Made by a program: the position numbers and the translations under genes | Source of the DNA: the human T2T-CHM13v2.0 reference genome, Homo sapiens | Direction: 5' to 3' (one strand) | Assembly: GCF_009914755.1 (NCBI RefSeq) | Contig: NC_060929.1 | Length of the DNA stretch: 64,000 nucleotides | Shown here: positions 1 through 14,135 of the stretch, piece by piece | Layout: each line of letters begins with the position of its first letter | Position numbering within the stretch: position 1 is the first letter of the stretch | The notes under the pieces: model-generated | Databases searched by the model: none | What the model was told of the DNA's origin: nothing | Seen by the model: only the letters and a program-made list of their open reading frames with translations

Positions 1-118
1 CATGATTGTGAGGTTTCCCCAACCATACGGAACTGTAAGTCCAATTAAACCTCTTTCTTTTGTAAACTGCCCAGTCTCAGGTATGTCTTTATCAGCAGTG
101 TGGAAATGGACTAATACA
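1..118 (+). mobile_element. THE1-type MaLR LTR, 3' part (cut by window edge)
   Basis: catgattgtgagg...attaaacctctttcttttgtaa...ggtatgtctttatcagcag...gactaataca matches the THE1/MST LTR 3' end. Confidence 0.9.
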
Positions 119-859
119 GCCTGGAGAGACTGGCTGTGCGTAGGGCAGAAGCAGTTGGGATCAACTTCTAGGCTGGGCATCCATGTCCCCTGGGATGCAG
201 GAGGAGGGAGGAGGGCATAGATTGCTGGGAAGGTGATGGAAACCTCCACTGAGGTGAAACTGAGGTTGGCCGGCTGTCCAGGTAGGTCTAGGCTGGCCCA
301 GGTGACTCACCTGTTTTCATGAATGGAAGAAACTGCCCAGGAGGATGAGGACCCAGGGCAACCCTGGGGAGACAGGTGCTGCCACAACATGGAATTGCCC
401 ACATCTGACAAAAAGACTGGGGGATGATGACAAAGCGTCTCAGGCCTGCAGCTTAGTGGAGACACTGGTCTGTCTCACCCTGAGCAGGGAGGAGTAGATG
501 AGAAAACTGCCATCCTTGGCCAAAAGGGAGACACCATCTCCCCTCCTCTCTCCCCACCATCATCAGTCAGCAGTGCTGAGGCCATGGGCTCTCAGGTGGC
601 ACTGCAGACAGCTTGCCTATGAGAGTAGTGGCTGAGGAATCCCTGAAGGAGGTGCTTGCCATAACTCCATCCCTGCTCCCCTGGGACCAGGTGCAACTGC
701 ATCCACAGCAGCAGGACAAAAGCTTTCTACAGGGACACTTTATACTGATGATGATTCCCTGCTATTCCTCCCTCTCCAGAATTCAAAAGTGTCCCACAGT
801 CTAAAGGGAGGATTAAAAGAGTACTTTAGCCCTAAGGTCCAGCCCAAGTGAGGTCATAA

Positions 860-990
860 GCTTTGGTGCCAGACAAACCTAATTTAACCTTCACTCCAAC
901 ACTCAATAGCTGTGACCACGGGCAAGTTAATTGGCTTCTCTGAGCATCGATGTGGTGATCTGTAAAGACAGGCACAGCAATACTTACCTT
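860..990 (+). mobile_element. MIR SINE fragment
   Basis: MIR core-like agctgtgacc.gggcaagtta...ttctctgagc...atctgtaaa. Confidence 0.65.
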
Positions 991-1079
991 TCTAAGTCAC
1001 TAAAGGACTTAGAAAGGTAAGTGATCTGTTTTGAAATTAATCACATCAGCATTTTCAACTAGGTAATTTTCAAGTAGAA

Positions 1080-2620
1080 AATTATCTCAGATGCTGAAAT
1101 AGAATGTAACAAAATTCACCACCATTCCTTTCAAAAAGAAAAAAAACTGGCAAAGTACTAAAAGAGGAAAGTTCTTTAAGTTGATACATGCTGTCTACTA
1201 GAACCCTGCATTAAATCTTCCATGTGTGTGAACTCAGACCATTTCCATTAGTCATATGTAAGCCAGAGATTTGTGAACTCGGACCATTTCTGTAAGAGTC
1301 ATGTGTAAGCCAGAGATTCCTGTTCTTCCTGATAACAGCACCTATCGCCCAATGTCCTCATCACGGTGATGAAAATAAAAATAAATAAGTTAGAGGAAAC
1401 TGGAACTTACCAACAGTGTAATTAGATGCCTAGAAAAGCCAGGAGGATAAACGGAAAGCCCTTTGCACACTGAGTAAAACAGCCACTTATCAGAACTGTA
1501 AACAATAACCTTCCCTGTACTAGAATAAGCAATTAGAACATTTTATAACTAAAATTTTACAACTGCACTAATAGAAAAGTAAAGAAATAATTCCCTAAAT
1601 ATATGTGAAATCTATAACAATCTTTAGAACATAAAAGAAATGTGAGGAGATGCACGTGGGATCCTGGGTGGAGCGTCAGCCTGTGTCCCACTCTCAAGGA
1701 AACAGACGGATTAATGCACACCTGGCAAGGTCACAAAATATGCTTTGGGGGACTGGACAATCCAATCATAAAATTTGTGTGGAGGGAAAAAGTGTTGTAA
1801 AGTTCATGATAAGCATTATAAAAATTTCAAAATGAAAAAAACACAGTGGAGAATAACTTATCCTTTTTATAGTAAGTGTGTGGAAAAGCTATTTCAATAG
1901 AGTGGGGAACATATGGAATAGGTCTCATATTTTTTAGAAAAGCCATCAATTTGGGAAAAATAAAGTTTGATATATTTCTATTTTATGTCACACACAAAGA
2001 TAAATGTCAGATGAATTAGTATAACATAAAAAGAGGATGATGAGGCTGTGAGAACAAAATATATAATATTATTACTGTTATATAATGTTATATATTAATT
2101 GATATGTATTTAATATTTTATTAATCATATAAATATATAATTATAAAATATATTAAAATATAATAAGAATATTATATTATATAACAGAATGGAATATTGT
2201 TATATATAAATAATATATAGAAAATATATTACTTGAAATATAGAATATTTATATAACAGAAAATTATGATTATATTATATATTATATTATTTTATTAAAT
2301 TTTCTATTATTATGTTACTATTCTTCATTTTCTTTTAAACACCTCATCATCTTCCTTTTGTTATGCTAATAATATATAATAATAATATCAGTAATATAAT
2401 ATACCTACCTGTCTATGTGAAATAGAAAACACAGAGGCTTAGAGAAACAATAGGTTAAAATGTTGCATGTTAAAATCTCTGTCCCATGAAAAAAATTAAG
2501 GTAAGCAACAGTCTAGAAGGAAAGGATTTAAGCATATAAAATAAACAAGGGATTAATGTTCATGATGCATGAATGTTTCTAAAATCCTTTTAAAATGCAA
2601 CCCAATAGATTCATATAAGT
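1080..2620 (+). mobile_element. Ancient, highly degraded L1 (L1M-type) ORF2 remnant
   Basis: attatctcagatgctgaaa...acaaaattca resembles L1 ORF2; A-rich plus strand; interrupted by an AT-rich tract. Confidence 0.5.
2060..2405. repeat. AT-rich low-complexity tract
   Basis: Nearly pure A/T with degenerate TA/TAA/TAT units. Confidence 0.85.
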
Positions 2621-3601
2621 ATAGTAAACCAATTTTTGATAAAGAAGTAATGGGAATGCAATGGAGAAAAAGTAGTCTTTTAAACAAATGATGCTGGAAC
2701 AACTAGACATGTACATGCAAAAAAATAAATCTAGGCCCAAACATTATACCCTTCATAAAAATTAACAAAGTGGATAATATACCTAAATGGAAAATGCAAA
2801 ACTATAAAATTCTTAGAAGATAACCCAGGAGAAAATCTAGATGACCTTGGGCATGGTGGTGACTCCTTAGACACAACACCAAAGGCACAATTTATGAAAG
2901 GAATAACTAACGAGCTGGACTTCATTAAAATTAAAGCTTCTCCTCTGTGGAAAATACTGTCAAGAGAATGAGAAGGCAAGCCACAGACTGGGAGAAAATA
3001 TTTGCAAATGGCATATCTGATAAAGGGCAGTCAACCACAACATATAAAGAATCCTTAAAACTCATCAATAAGGAAATAAGCAACCTGATTAATAAGTGAG
3101 CAAAGGCTTGAACAGACACTTCACCAAGGCAGACGTAGGGTGGCATGAGCACATGCAGAGATGGTGAGCATCGTACGTCATTAGGGAACAGCTAATTAAA
3201 ACAACACTGGGATGCTACGGTACTCTTTTAAATGTCACAAATCCAAAACACTGACAACACCCAATGGTGGCAAGGAGGTGGAGCAATAGGAGCATTCATT
3301 CATTGCTGGTGGGAGTGCAACATGGTACAGGCACTGTGGAAGACAACTTGGCAGTTTCTTACAAAACTCATCATACTCTAACAATATCATCCAGCAATTG
3401 CACTCCTTGGTATTTTCCCAAATAAGTTGAAAACTTATGTCCACACAAAAATCTGCACTCAAATGTTTATAATAGCTTATTCATAATTGCCAAAATTTGG
3501 AGACATCCAAGATGTCCTTCAGTAGATGAGTAGATAAACAAACTGTGATACATCCAGACCATGGAATATTTTTCAGCACCAAAAGAAATGAGCTATCAAG
3601 C

Positions 3602-3617
3602 CACACACACACACACA

Positions 3618-3655
<38 letters not shown>
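3602..3655. repeat. (CA)n microsatellite
   Basis: Read directly. Confidence 0.95.
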
Positions 3656-3656
<1 letters not shown>

Positions 3657-3803
3657 CCAAAACAACAACAAAAATGCGTGGAGACCTTAAATGTGTATTG
3701 ACTCAAAGAAGCCAATCTGAAAAGGCTACATACTATATGCTTCCAAATCTATGATATTATGTAAAGGGTAAAATTATGGAGACATTAAAAATTTCATTGG
3801 TTA

Positions 3804-4112
3804 GGCCAGGCGAGGTGGCTCACACCTGTAATCCCAGCACTTTGGGAGGCTGACGCAGGCAGATCACTTCAGGTCACGAGCTCGAGACCAGCCTGGTTAA
3901 CATGGTGGAACCCGTCCCTACTAAAAATACGAGAAGTAGCTAGGCGTGGTGACAGGTGCCTGCAATCTCAGCTAATGGGGAGGCTGAGGCAAGAGAATCA
4001 CCTGAACCCTAGAGGTGGAGGTTGCAGTGAGCTGAGATCATGCCACTGCCCTCCAGCCTGGGTAACAGTGTGAGGCTCCATCTCAAAAAAAAAAAGAAAA
4101 AGAAAAAAGAAA
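3804..4112 (+). mobile_element. Full-length Alu (AluS-like)
   Basis: ggccaggcgaggtggctcacacctgtaatcccagcactttggga...A tail; degenerate TSD aatttcattggtt / aatttagtggtt. Confidence 0.95.
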
Positions 4113-4564
4113 GAATTTAGTGGTTGCTAGGAGTCAAGGGGAGGAAAAATAAATAGAGAGCAGGTGATTTTAAGGCAGTGAAATGATTCTTTATGATACT
4201 GTAATAGTGGGTCCATGTCATTATACATTTGTCCAAATCCACAGAGTGCGCAATATCAAGAGTGAGCCCTAATGTGAATTAGGGACGTTGGTGATCATGA
4301 TGTGTCAGCATAGGTTAATTGAGCATGACAAATTTATCACTGTGGCGGGGAGGTTGATGGCAGGATAGGCTGTGTGTGTGTGAAGGGGGTTGGAACTATA
4401 TGGCAACTGTTTGTGCTGTCCCCTGAATTTTGTTGTGAACCTAAAACTGCTCTAAAAATTAAGGTCTGTTTAAAAATACATAAATAAGACAATAATACCA
4501 GTAATAATAGTAGCTACTAGTTAACGAGGACCTACTATCTGTCCAGTACTATGTGTAATCCTTA

Positions 4565-5068
<504 letters not shown>

Positions 5069-5867
5069 TTTTTATGGAAAAAAGGCAACCTCATAGGTAA
5101 AAGAGCAAGGCACACACGGAGCAAAGACGGCCATAGCAGAAGATGAGATCTGGAGGGGAAGGCATGGTGGAAGGACATCCATCCACTAACAATAACAGAA
5201 ACAGAATTAAAGCAACAGTGACATGCTTTCATACATCTAATTGACACAGAAAGGACATGACTGATTAGATCCAATATGGCTAGGTTGTGGCAAGCTGGGA
5301 CTCCCCTGAAAGCTAGTGGGAGGGTACATAGATACCTCATCTAGAGGACATTCTGGTATTAGCAGTTCTCATCTGGAACATGCTCATGCATGTCATGTGG
5401 GTGGGGCTCCATGGCTGATCGTATTAAGTTGCTGGATATTTAATGAGCTCCTCTCCGCGGAAGAGCCCTTATCATCTGCCATACATGCAGGGGCACACAA
5501 ATCAGGGTAGCCTGAGAGCTAAGAGAAATAGATATATTTCTCTTAGAAATAAATTTCTAAGGCTCAGCTTTTTCTTTGCTGCCTTTTAAGCTTTGATTTT
5601 TGGAGACGGTAAAATATTTGTTGCTGTCCCATTAACAGGAGTGATTTTTGTATTCTTTCTCTACAATCTTGGGTCCCATCAGGAAATGTTTCTCTCTAAC
5701 AATAGAAAATGATTTAACCAATCACCTTTGCTCTTGCTTCTTATTATTTCCAGCTTCCGATTGCAGAAGTGTGTTGGGCAGTGGCCATGGATAACTTGTC
5801 TCTGGACCCACAGGCTCTGCATATGCTCTCTGCCTTCAGCTAGAGAACCCTAAGATCTGGTCCACTA

Positions 5868-6241
<374 letters not shown>

Positions 6242-7634
6242 TTAAATGATCAGGAGTCCATATTGCAAATCCATATCCCTGTGGAATGGACCCAGCCTCG
6301 CTGCTCACCCTCCCTGACTTTAAACCAGGAGGCACCTGGCTGATTCATGGGAAGGAAACAAACAAATATAAGCCCACCTAGTGGGGCACATAGCAGGTGC
6401 TTAACAGACAAAAGACACAAGATTCCTGAGGTGTTGAGCCTACGCCATGGCTTCAATGGCTCACAACCGCCCATTCAGGCTACAGTCCTAAACTTCAGAG
6501 CCGGATAGCCACACCCCACTCCCATGGGAAGCACTTGCATTACAGATGTTGAGACAAACAAACACACACATAAAACACCAACTTAGGTAAACTTCACTTT
6601 CAAAACATCAATCTAGCTATCTCTACATGTACATGTACACATACATATACCTATACAGTGTGTGTGTATTTGCATAGAAAAGCACTTGTAAGAAAGACAC
6701 TGTATCATCAAATTATTATCAGTGGTTATATCTGTGTATTGAGATATACATACATTTAAATTTTTTTCTTCCAAATTTTCTACAATGAATCCATAGTAAC
6801 AGACTCTTTAGTAACAGATTAGGATAATTTCTTAGGATCATCAAGAAGAAATGAGTCTTTCCTATAATGTTCAGAATAACAACAATGAATGACTGTCAGT
6901 ATGGACTGACCCGTGCAGAATAGAGCTCTATTTTGGTTAATCCTGTAGCCTTCCCATGGACTTGCTGTCACAAAGTAGCTCTGTGATCAGTTCTGGTGAA
7001 TGAATGCATTTGTCTTTCTGAACACTCATGGAATGACATTCCAAGTGAGAGGCATGGTGCCAATCTTAATAATTCACATTCTTTATAAATTCCTTCAAAG
7101 CAATGACTGAATTATCATAACCATTGTTCTGTTAAAAAGTAATATTTTTAAACAGAAGCCAGGGTTTTCCTTAAGTCCTGCTCAGTTTAAGATGAAACTT
7201 GGTTAACAATGCAGTTACATTTCAGCGTTTAAGTTCCAGTTCATTCAAAAGTTATAATGTGACCAGGCTAAAATTTTTCTTTGCTGAGTAGATTCTTTTT
7301 TGCAATGATACTGTGGAATCAATATAATAGTTTCATGAAATTCAAAGACTAAATATTTTAGATACTTAGACTCAACTATTCAAAATAATTTACAAGGTAG
7401 TCAAACACCGCAAGTATTCATGTATATAGTATATATATATATATACATCTATTTATAATTTGGATTAGATATTAACTCTAATAGTTTTCTAGAATCATAA
7501 ACTATTAAAATTAGAAGAGACTTTGGATATGTAGTTTGGCACTGAGACACATTTTTATTGGATTTACTTACATTAAGGTACAAATGTAATGGTCAGCATT
7601 CATATCTGTTGGATAATTAGAAACTTCATTGTCT

Positions 7635-7839
7635 GGACACAGGAAGGGGAACATCACACACAGGGCCTGTTGTGGGGTGGGGGGAGGGGGAAGTTTTAGC
7701 ATTTGGAGATATACCTAATGTTAAATGATGAGTTAGTAGGTGCAGCACACCAACATGGCACATGTATACATATGCAACTAACCTGCACGTTGTGCTCATG
7801 TACCCTAAAACTTAAAGTATAATAATAATAATTTAAAAA
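7635..7839 (+). mobile_element. 5'-truncated young L1PA 3' end
   Basis: ggacacaggaaggggaacatcacac...taccctaaaacttaaagtataataa; 16-bp TSD agaaactt(c/t)attgtct at 7619-7634 and 7840-7855. Confidence 0.95.
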
Positions 7840-9349
7840 AGAAACTTTATTGTCTTGTACATTGTATTTTGTCATGACAACTATATTCTTTAGTGAGCAG
7901 AGACAGGAACTTAAAACGGAGACTGTAACCATCAGAAAATATATTTACATTAATAGCCTCTCTCTGACTCCTAGCACTGGCTCTTAGCATACATACGCAT
8001 GTTTGGAACCGGAGGGATAGGGATTTGGCCCCTGAAGATGTGGCTTCTCTTGTGAGGGAGCAGAGTGGAGAAAGGCCTTTCCAAGAGGCAGTCTGCTTCT
8101 AGTGACGTCATTGTGACAAATTATTCTTTCCCCAGAACAGATGAAGTGAAAGGAAGGAGGCATTGTTTATTATTTGTTTTTGTTAGAATAAAAAAGGTCT
8201 ATTTGAAGCAAAGTTTCTCCTGAATCTCTTTGTAGTTTTCTTCCTTTCAATGCCAAATAGGACTTCCTGTTATGGAATCGTATGCCAAATTTGTTTCCTT
8301 TCCTTCTCTAATATATCTTTCGGTTTCATCCTTTTAAAAGGGAAAAATGCAGACACCCTGGAAGCTTCCAAGGCAGGCAGAAAGCCTTAAGGGAGTGTTT
8401 ATCAAAGGATGTGGAAGGTTTTCAGTGGCATACTTCTCTAAGCCTCCGGCTGAAAGACGGAGTTACCATATTTATTATTCTGATTACATGGAGGTGAGGC
8501 GAAAGCTTGAAAACAAATGCTTACATTCAATGTGTGTGATAAAAAAGAAAACTTTTTTAAAAAAGAGATTATTAAAATTCAGAGACACCAGATGCCTCTA
8601 GCAAGTTTCATCAGGGGAATTCTTGTGAGAGGGCTTTCATTTTCAGAGTTTTAAATAACTGGAATTTCCATTTTCAATTTTAGTAGAAAATATAAAATTC
8701 TTACTTCTCAATAGGAAAGGAGGTGATTTATAAAGCTATCTATATAATCTCTCTCTATATATACACACACAAATTGGAAAATATATATTCAGTAGTTTCA
8801 ATATTCTGTTTCAGAAATTTTGAAATTACTATTAGCCATCCATTCTCAGTAATATTTTTCTGTAAACAGGAAGAGAATATATCTCATTTCTTTTCTTATT
8901 CATCAAGCTCCAAGAAAATAAAACAATATTTTCTACTACGGAAATGTGATCTACCCAATCTGAGGTCTTGATACTCTTCATCACGAAGGTCCCTAAGGAA
9001 ACGCTACATGGGTTATATAAAGAATAAATACATACATATCAAAATTTGGGAGAACAGTATGATAATGGTTATACTTTATCCTTGATGGATATATTGATAG
9101 AGGAGGTTTGTAGGAGCATACACACACACATTTTTCTGAAAATAATTACTTCTTTGAACATCAGCTATGACAAATTCTTAAATCACCATCGTTGTTACCA
9201 TTATCATCATCATCATCACTCTAATTCAAGTCTATGAGAAGAAAATTCTGTTTTATGCAAAGCTTTTGATTTCTCATTCCAGAAGGAAAATCTTGGTTCT
9301 GTAAGAATATGTGTCCCAGCTGATTATGTTGCTTATAAAAAATTCTAGG

Positions 9350-9520
9350 AAGTGGCACTGAAAGTGCTAGACTTGGCATTTAAAGGTACAGTTCTGAGCC
9401 CCGTCTGCCACATATTAGCTTTGTGACTCTAGGCTCTTTGTCTGAATTTCCTCTTCTGTTAGAGTGGTGAAATAATAAGGATCTTATAAGAAATCAATTA
9501 AACAATGCATATGAAAAACT
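9350..9520 (+). mobile_element. MIR fragment
   Basis: gttctgagccccgtctgccacatattagctttgtgact...tttcctcttctgt...aatgcatatgaaa. Confidence 0.55.
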
Positions 9521-9569
9521 TAAATTCATTTCCACTTAAACAGGGGAGTGATTATTTCAATCACAAGAC

Positions 9570-10740
9570 ATGAAATCAGGATGATGAACACATTTGGCAA
9601 GAATCTAGTTCCAGGTAAGATTGAGTAAGCACATGTTACCTTGTGTGCCTCTATGAATGAAGCTATAAGACCCGGACAGAATGCAGGGATCAACTATTTG
9701 AGAAGTCTGGATTTAAATAGTACCAGGTGCACTGAAGAAAATGGCCAGAATTTGGAGGACCATCAAACCAGGGCCAAGTTTGTAATTTCTCCTGTCCCAG
9801 ATGCAACATAACATGAAACTCAGAGGTAAGCATCAGTGTGGACAAAGAAAGCTCCAGAAGAAAACTTCTAGCTCAGCACAAGGAGCAATAAAGCTGTCTC
9901 CTGGAGATACAAGGGCAGCTGGACCCATAAGTGCCTAAATCTATGAAGGAAGGAAACTTCTCTGATCAAGGGAGCTTTTGTCTTAAGAAGGTGGGGTAAA
10001 CATTTTTGTTTCATTTTTTTTAATGTCTTCCCATTCCTTGGCCCTAATGATTGGCATAGTCAGGGAAGTGTATAGTAGGTAGGCTAAATAAAGCCCTAGC
10101 TTTTTTGGGTATAGAATTAAAAAAAGGGGAATTCTAGAAAACCAAAAAGTACTTGAGAGCATTATAGAGAGAGAATAACTTAAAAAACAACCCCATGAAA
10201 TTATTTACCAGTTCCTAGGCTCAACTCAAATTGCAGATGCATAGTGCTTTTCTAAAACAGCATGCCAAAAACCCTAAGAATTAGAATAAAGGATATACTC
10301 TACTGCCTAGGTTTTAGACTGGATGTCACCTACAGAGCTACAGATCATAATGGTGCAGCAAAGTCTTTGAAAATGGAATAGTGGACCTACAGGAGGCTAA
10401 ATATAACTTATAGCTTGGACCCAGTGATTGTCACCTGAAACAGAAAATGTCAACATTTTTCATAAAATTTAAACAAGACATAAAGTCTCATAACATAATA
10501 CTCAGGTGTCCAAAATATAATTCAAAATTCATCATAGAAAGAACTAGGAAGATCTCAAATTACCCATGAAAAGGCATTCAATACATTTCAATGCCAAGAT
10601 GGCAGAGATTTTGGAAATATATGTTAAAAAGTTGAAGCTATTATAAAATGTGCCAAGAAGTAATGGCAAACATTGTTGAAACAAATGGAAAGATAGAAAA
10701 TCTCAGCAAAGAAATGGAAGCTGTAAAAAAAGAAACAAGT
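9570..10740 (+). mobile_element. Ancient L1M 5' region and start of ORF1
   Basis: aagatggcagagattttggaa...gctattataaaatg...gaaacaaatggaaagatagaaaatctcagcaaagaaatggaag resembles old L1 ORF1 starts. Confidence 0.6.
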
Positions 10741-12749
10741 ATGCAAACACGTTTGTAAATATGAAAACGTTATGTGGTCTTTCCAAAGCTCCTCACTGAC
10801 CCAGCAGGCTTTTCACAGAGCACTTATTTGTTATGCAAGAGAAGCCAGGAGCAGAGGAGGCTGATTATGAGTTTGCAAATGAAAATGTGAGTGGGGAGGA
10901 GTGGGGGATGCTTGACCTGTTTTTAACATTGGTTACCAGAAGAGGGGAGTAGGGTGGAAAAATGCTGCAGATAACAAGTTCCCTTTTCCTTCATCAACTT
11001 AAAGCACGTGGAACATAAACCTAACATGTATAGAAAATCTTACTGACATTTAGAGCCTAGCAAAGGATGAATCTGGGAGGAATTATTTGTCTGCTGGGAT
11101 GCAAACAGTTCCAGCTGTCCTGGCCAGCATTTCCATCCTTAGAAAGGCATTGACGCTTCCTAGCACCAGGGATTTCTTTTACTGATGGTATATTTTGGAA
11201 GGGCCTAGGCCTCCCACCCAGTTCACAGGCTCCTCTCTCTTCTGTCCCTCTGCTCTCCTTTTCATTTTCACACCCCTCCGCACATTGATTGTGAACTGCC
11301 TGCAGAAACTTCAAATTACTTCCCTTCATGACTTTGCAGCACAACCCAGCCTCTTGACTCCTCCTTCCAGATATTGCTGTGAGTTTTGCAATGGGGACCC
11401 AAGAGACAATGATTTATTCCACTGGAAGGAGGGCCCTGCCATCCCTAGGATGGGGAAGCAGCTGCAGCTCATTTCTATTTATGTAGTTTTTTTATGTCAT
11501 TGTTGGTACTGTAATGATTCTCCCTCTCTCCTTTCGTTTCCTGGGCTTTGTTTCTCTCCTACCTCAGCTGGGTCCTGAGTGAGTTGCAAAGTGTTACTAG
11601 AAAGCTGGAGCCCTCTGCTGTGGGTGTGGCACTTTGACTCTGCCCATCTTCTGCTCCACAAATTTCTTTAAAGTGTTGGTAAAATTATTCCTAGATATCC
11701 TTCAACATAAGGTGGCTTATGAGTTAGACACTCAATCTTTCCCAAATTATTTCCTTAGGAAACATGTTTTGATGCTGCTTAACACAGCTTTTGGAAGTTG
11801 ATGAACATCATCAAAGTGTGAACCCATCTCAGCTGACAAGGGGGACACAAATTTGCTGCCTTCCTATGTCAGCATCTGAAGAGATGGCATGTGGATGGGA
11901 ACCAGCCAGGACAGCTGTGGAGGCAGCCATATCGCTGAAGAAGTGCAGGCTGCACCTGACCTTTCCCAGTGACCAAGGCAGTGCACACAGGGCCACACAG
12001 GGACATCCTTCCATGTTTTATGGTTTGTAGGTGGCTGTCGAATTCAGCGTCATGGGATTTTTCATGTGTTCCCCCAGCTTCTTTGGGAAGGAGTCCTGGT
12101 AGGGGCAGAAGTCGGTGGCCCAGCCCAGCTTCTGGCACTTCCATGGGAGTGAGGTGCAAAGACAGAGTGCAGTACATTTAAAGTGTTTTGCCAAAACTTT
12201 TTTATGGGATTTGAGTACAAATACCAAAGGGGTTGTCCATGGAAAGAAGTGGGCCTTAGGCTGATATCTTGTTGGGGGATGCAGCGAGATTGGGGGTAAC
12301 CTCTGACCCCATCTGTAGGATTCACTGGATCTGCTTGATGTTTGCTTGTAGTTGTTTGACTGATGATGACATTACTGTTTAGACATTTGGACTGCAAGGA
12401 GAAATCCCACCACAGATAAGTAGATCGTCTTGTCTTTGCATGGGCATGCTGCCCTGGCTTGTCTGATGTGTGCATTATGGGACGTATGCACAGGAACAGC
12501 TCAGTTACCCACTCACCAGTCGTGAGGGTGCAAGACCTCTAAAAGTGAGGCCTGTAACTTGTTCATCTTCAAGATAGAGACTTCACATTTCGGTGTAATC
12601 ACCATCAACACTTACTGAATTGATCCGAATTCAATAAATATGAATTCACGGATAATCTGCCAAATTTAAAATATTGCCCTAGTGGTTTGGGGTGCACAGA
12701 GTTAAGTGAAACCACCCATTCTTAGGGATCATCCAATGCAGGAGTGCTG

Positions 12750-13463
12750 GCATATTCATCAGCAAGGGCTGTCACACAGAACATCACAGGCCCTGTGCTT
12801 ACGCAACCGTTTCTGCTGAGGCCTCTCTTCCTGCTTATAGACAGTGCCTTTTCACTTTGAGCTTGCTTGGCCTCTTCTCTGTGCATGCACAGAGAGAGAG
12901 AAAGGGAGAACAGGCAGCCTCTGGCGCCTCTTCCTGTTCTCATGACACTAGTTAATAAGGTTCGGTTCTGTGTCCCCACCCAAATCTCATCTTGAATTGT
13001 AGCTCCCATAATTCCTACTTGTTGTGAGAGGACCTGGTGGGAGATAATTGAATCGTGGGGGTAGTTTCTCCCCACACTATTCTCATGATAGTGAATAAGT
13101 CTCATGAGATCTGATGATTTTATAAGGGGTTTCCCCTTGGCTTGGTTTTCATTCTCTCTTGCCTGCTGTCATGTAAGATGTGTCTTTCACCTTCCATCAT
13201 GATTGTGAGGCCTCTCCAGCCACGTGGAACTGTGAGTCCATTAAACTTCTTTTTCTTTATAAATTACCCAGTCTTTGGTATGTCTTTATCAGCAGTGTGG
13301 AAATAGACTAACACACCAGTCCTATTGGATTAGGGCCCCACCCTTACGACCTGACTAGACCTTAATTACTTTCCTGAAGGCCCCATCTCTAATATAGTCA
13401 CACTGGAGGGTTAGGGCTTCAACACATGAATTTGGCTGGGGAGGCACAGTTCAGTACACAACA
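12750..13463 (-). mobile_element. MLT1B-like MaLR LTR split by a THE1 LTR
   Basis: gaggcctctcttcctgcttatagac...; ccagtcctattggattagggcccc...ggttagggcttcaacacatgaatttgg...ttcagtacacaaca. Confidence 0.8.
12953..13315 (+). mobile_element. THE1 (THE1C-like) solo LTR
   Basis: ctgtgtccccacccaaatctcatcttgaattgtagctcccataattcc...gactaacaca; 5-bp TSD ctagt/ccagt. Confidence 0.92.
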
Positions 13464-14029
13464 GATGGGAACCATCTTTTTTTTTCTGTTTCAACTTTTT
13501 TTTCAGTATCAACTTTTTGTTTTGTTACAGTGATTTAGCATAAAACAAGTAGACACTAATGTAACATGCTCACTTAAAATTCCAAGAATTCTCAAAAATT
13601 CTCGTACTATGAACTGACCTTCTTAGTTTCTAAAACTGAAGAAATCATTGTAATTTAAAACATAAATCATCTCAATCATAAACATTAAGAGTTTCCTTGG
13701 TGTTCACTCTTGGGATATTTCAAAAGATGATAAAGTATGAAATTAAGCAGAGCCTATTAAGATCAACCATTTTTTATTATATGACCTATTCATTTCAAAA
13801 TGTAGATGCACATAATAAATAAGTTTTCCAGTGTGTGCCTGCTCAGAGGTTTCTACACTCTCAGAAAGAAACCAAGCTAATTACACATGAAATATCAACT
13901 GGTGAGCAATTATAACCTGAAAAATACCCTCATGATTTTGTATATTTTATAAATTTATGAGTTGGGCAAAAAATGTTATATCTATACCATGAATTCAGAA
14001 ACAGTGGTAAAATATGGTCATAACAAACA

Positions 14030-14135
14030 GTATGTGTATATATACACACACGTATACACATACACACATTATACATACACGTACCTCATACACACACACA
14101 CCTCATACACACACACCCACACACCCACACCCACC
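14030..14135. repeat. Imperfect (TA)/(CA)n tract
   Basis: Read directly. Confidence 0.85.

Larger units (their letters stand above)
2625..4485 (+). mobile_element. L1MC-like LINE, end of ORF2 plus 3' UTR, interrupted by (CA)n and an Alu
   Basis: aacaaatgatgctggaacaactagaca, gactgggagaaaatatttgcaa, aaaagaaatgagctatcaagccac, gccaatctgaaaaggctacatact, ending aacctaaaactgctctaaaaa. Confidence 0.85.

Noticed and set aside
7673-7690. G-quadruplex-like G run (also about 63302-63336)
   Set aside because: Standard G-rich tract of L1 3' UTRs.
8103-8110. Perfect CRE palindrome TGACGTCA
   Set aside because: Single 8-mer with no CpG island or other promoter evidence; about one is expected by chance in 64 kb.
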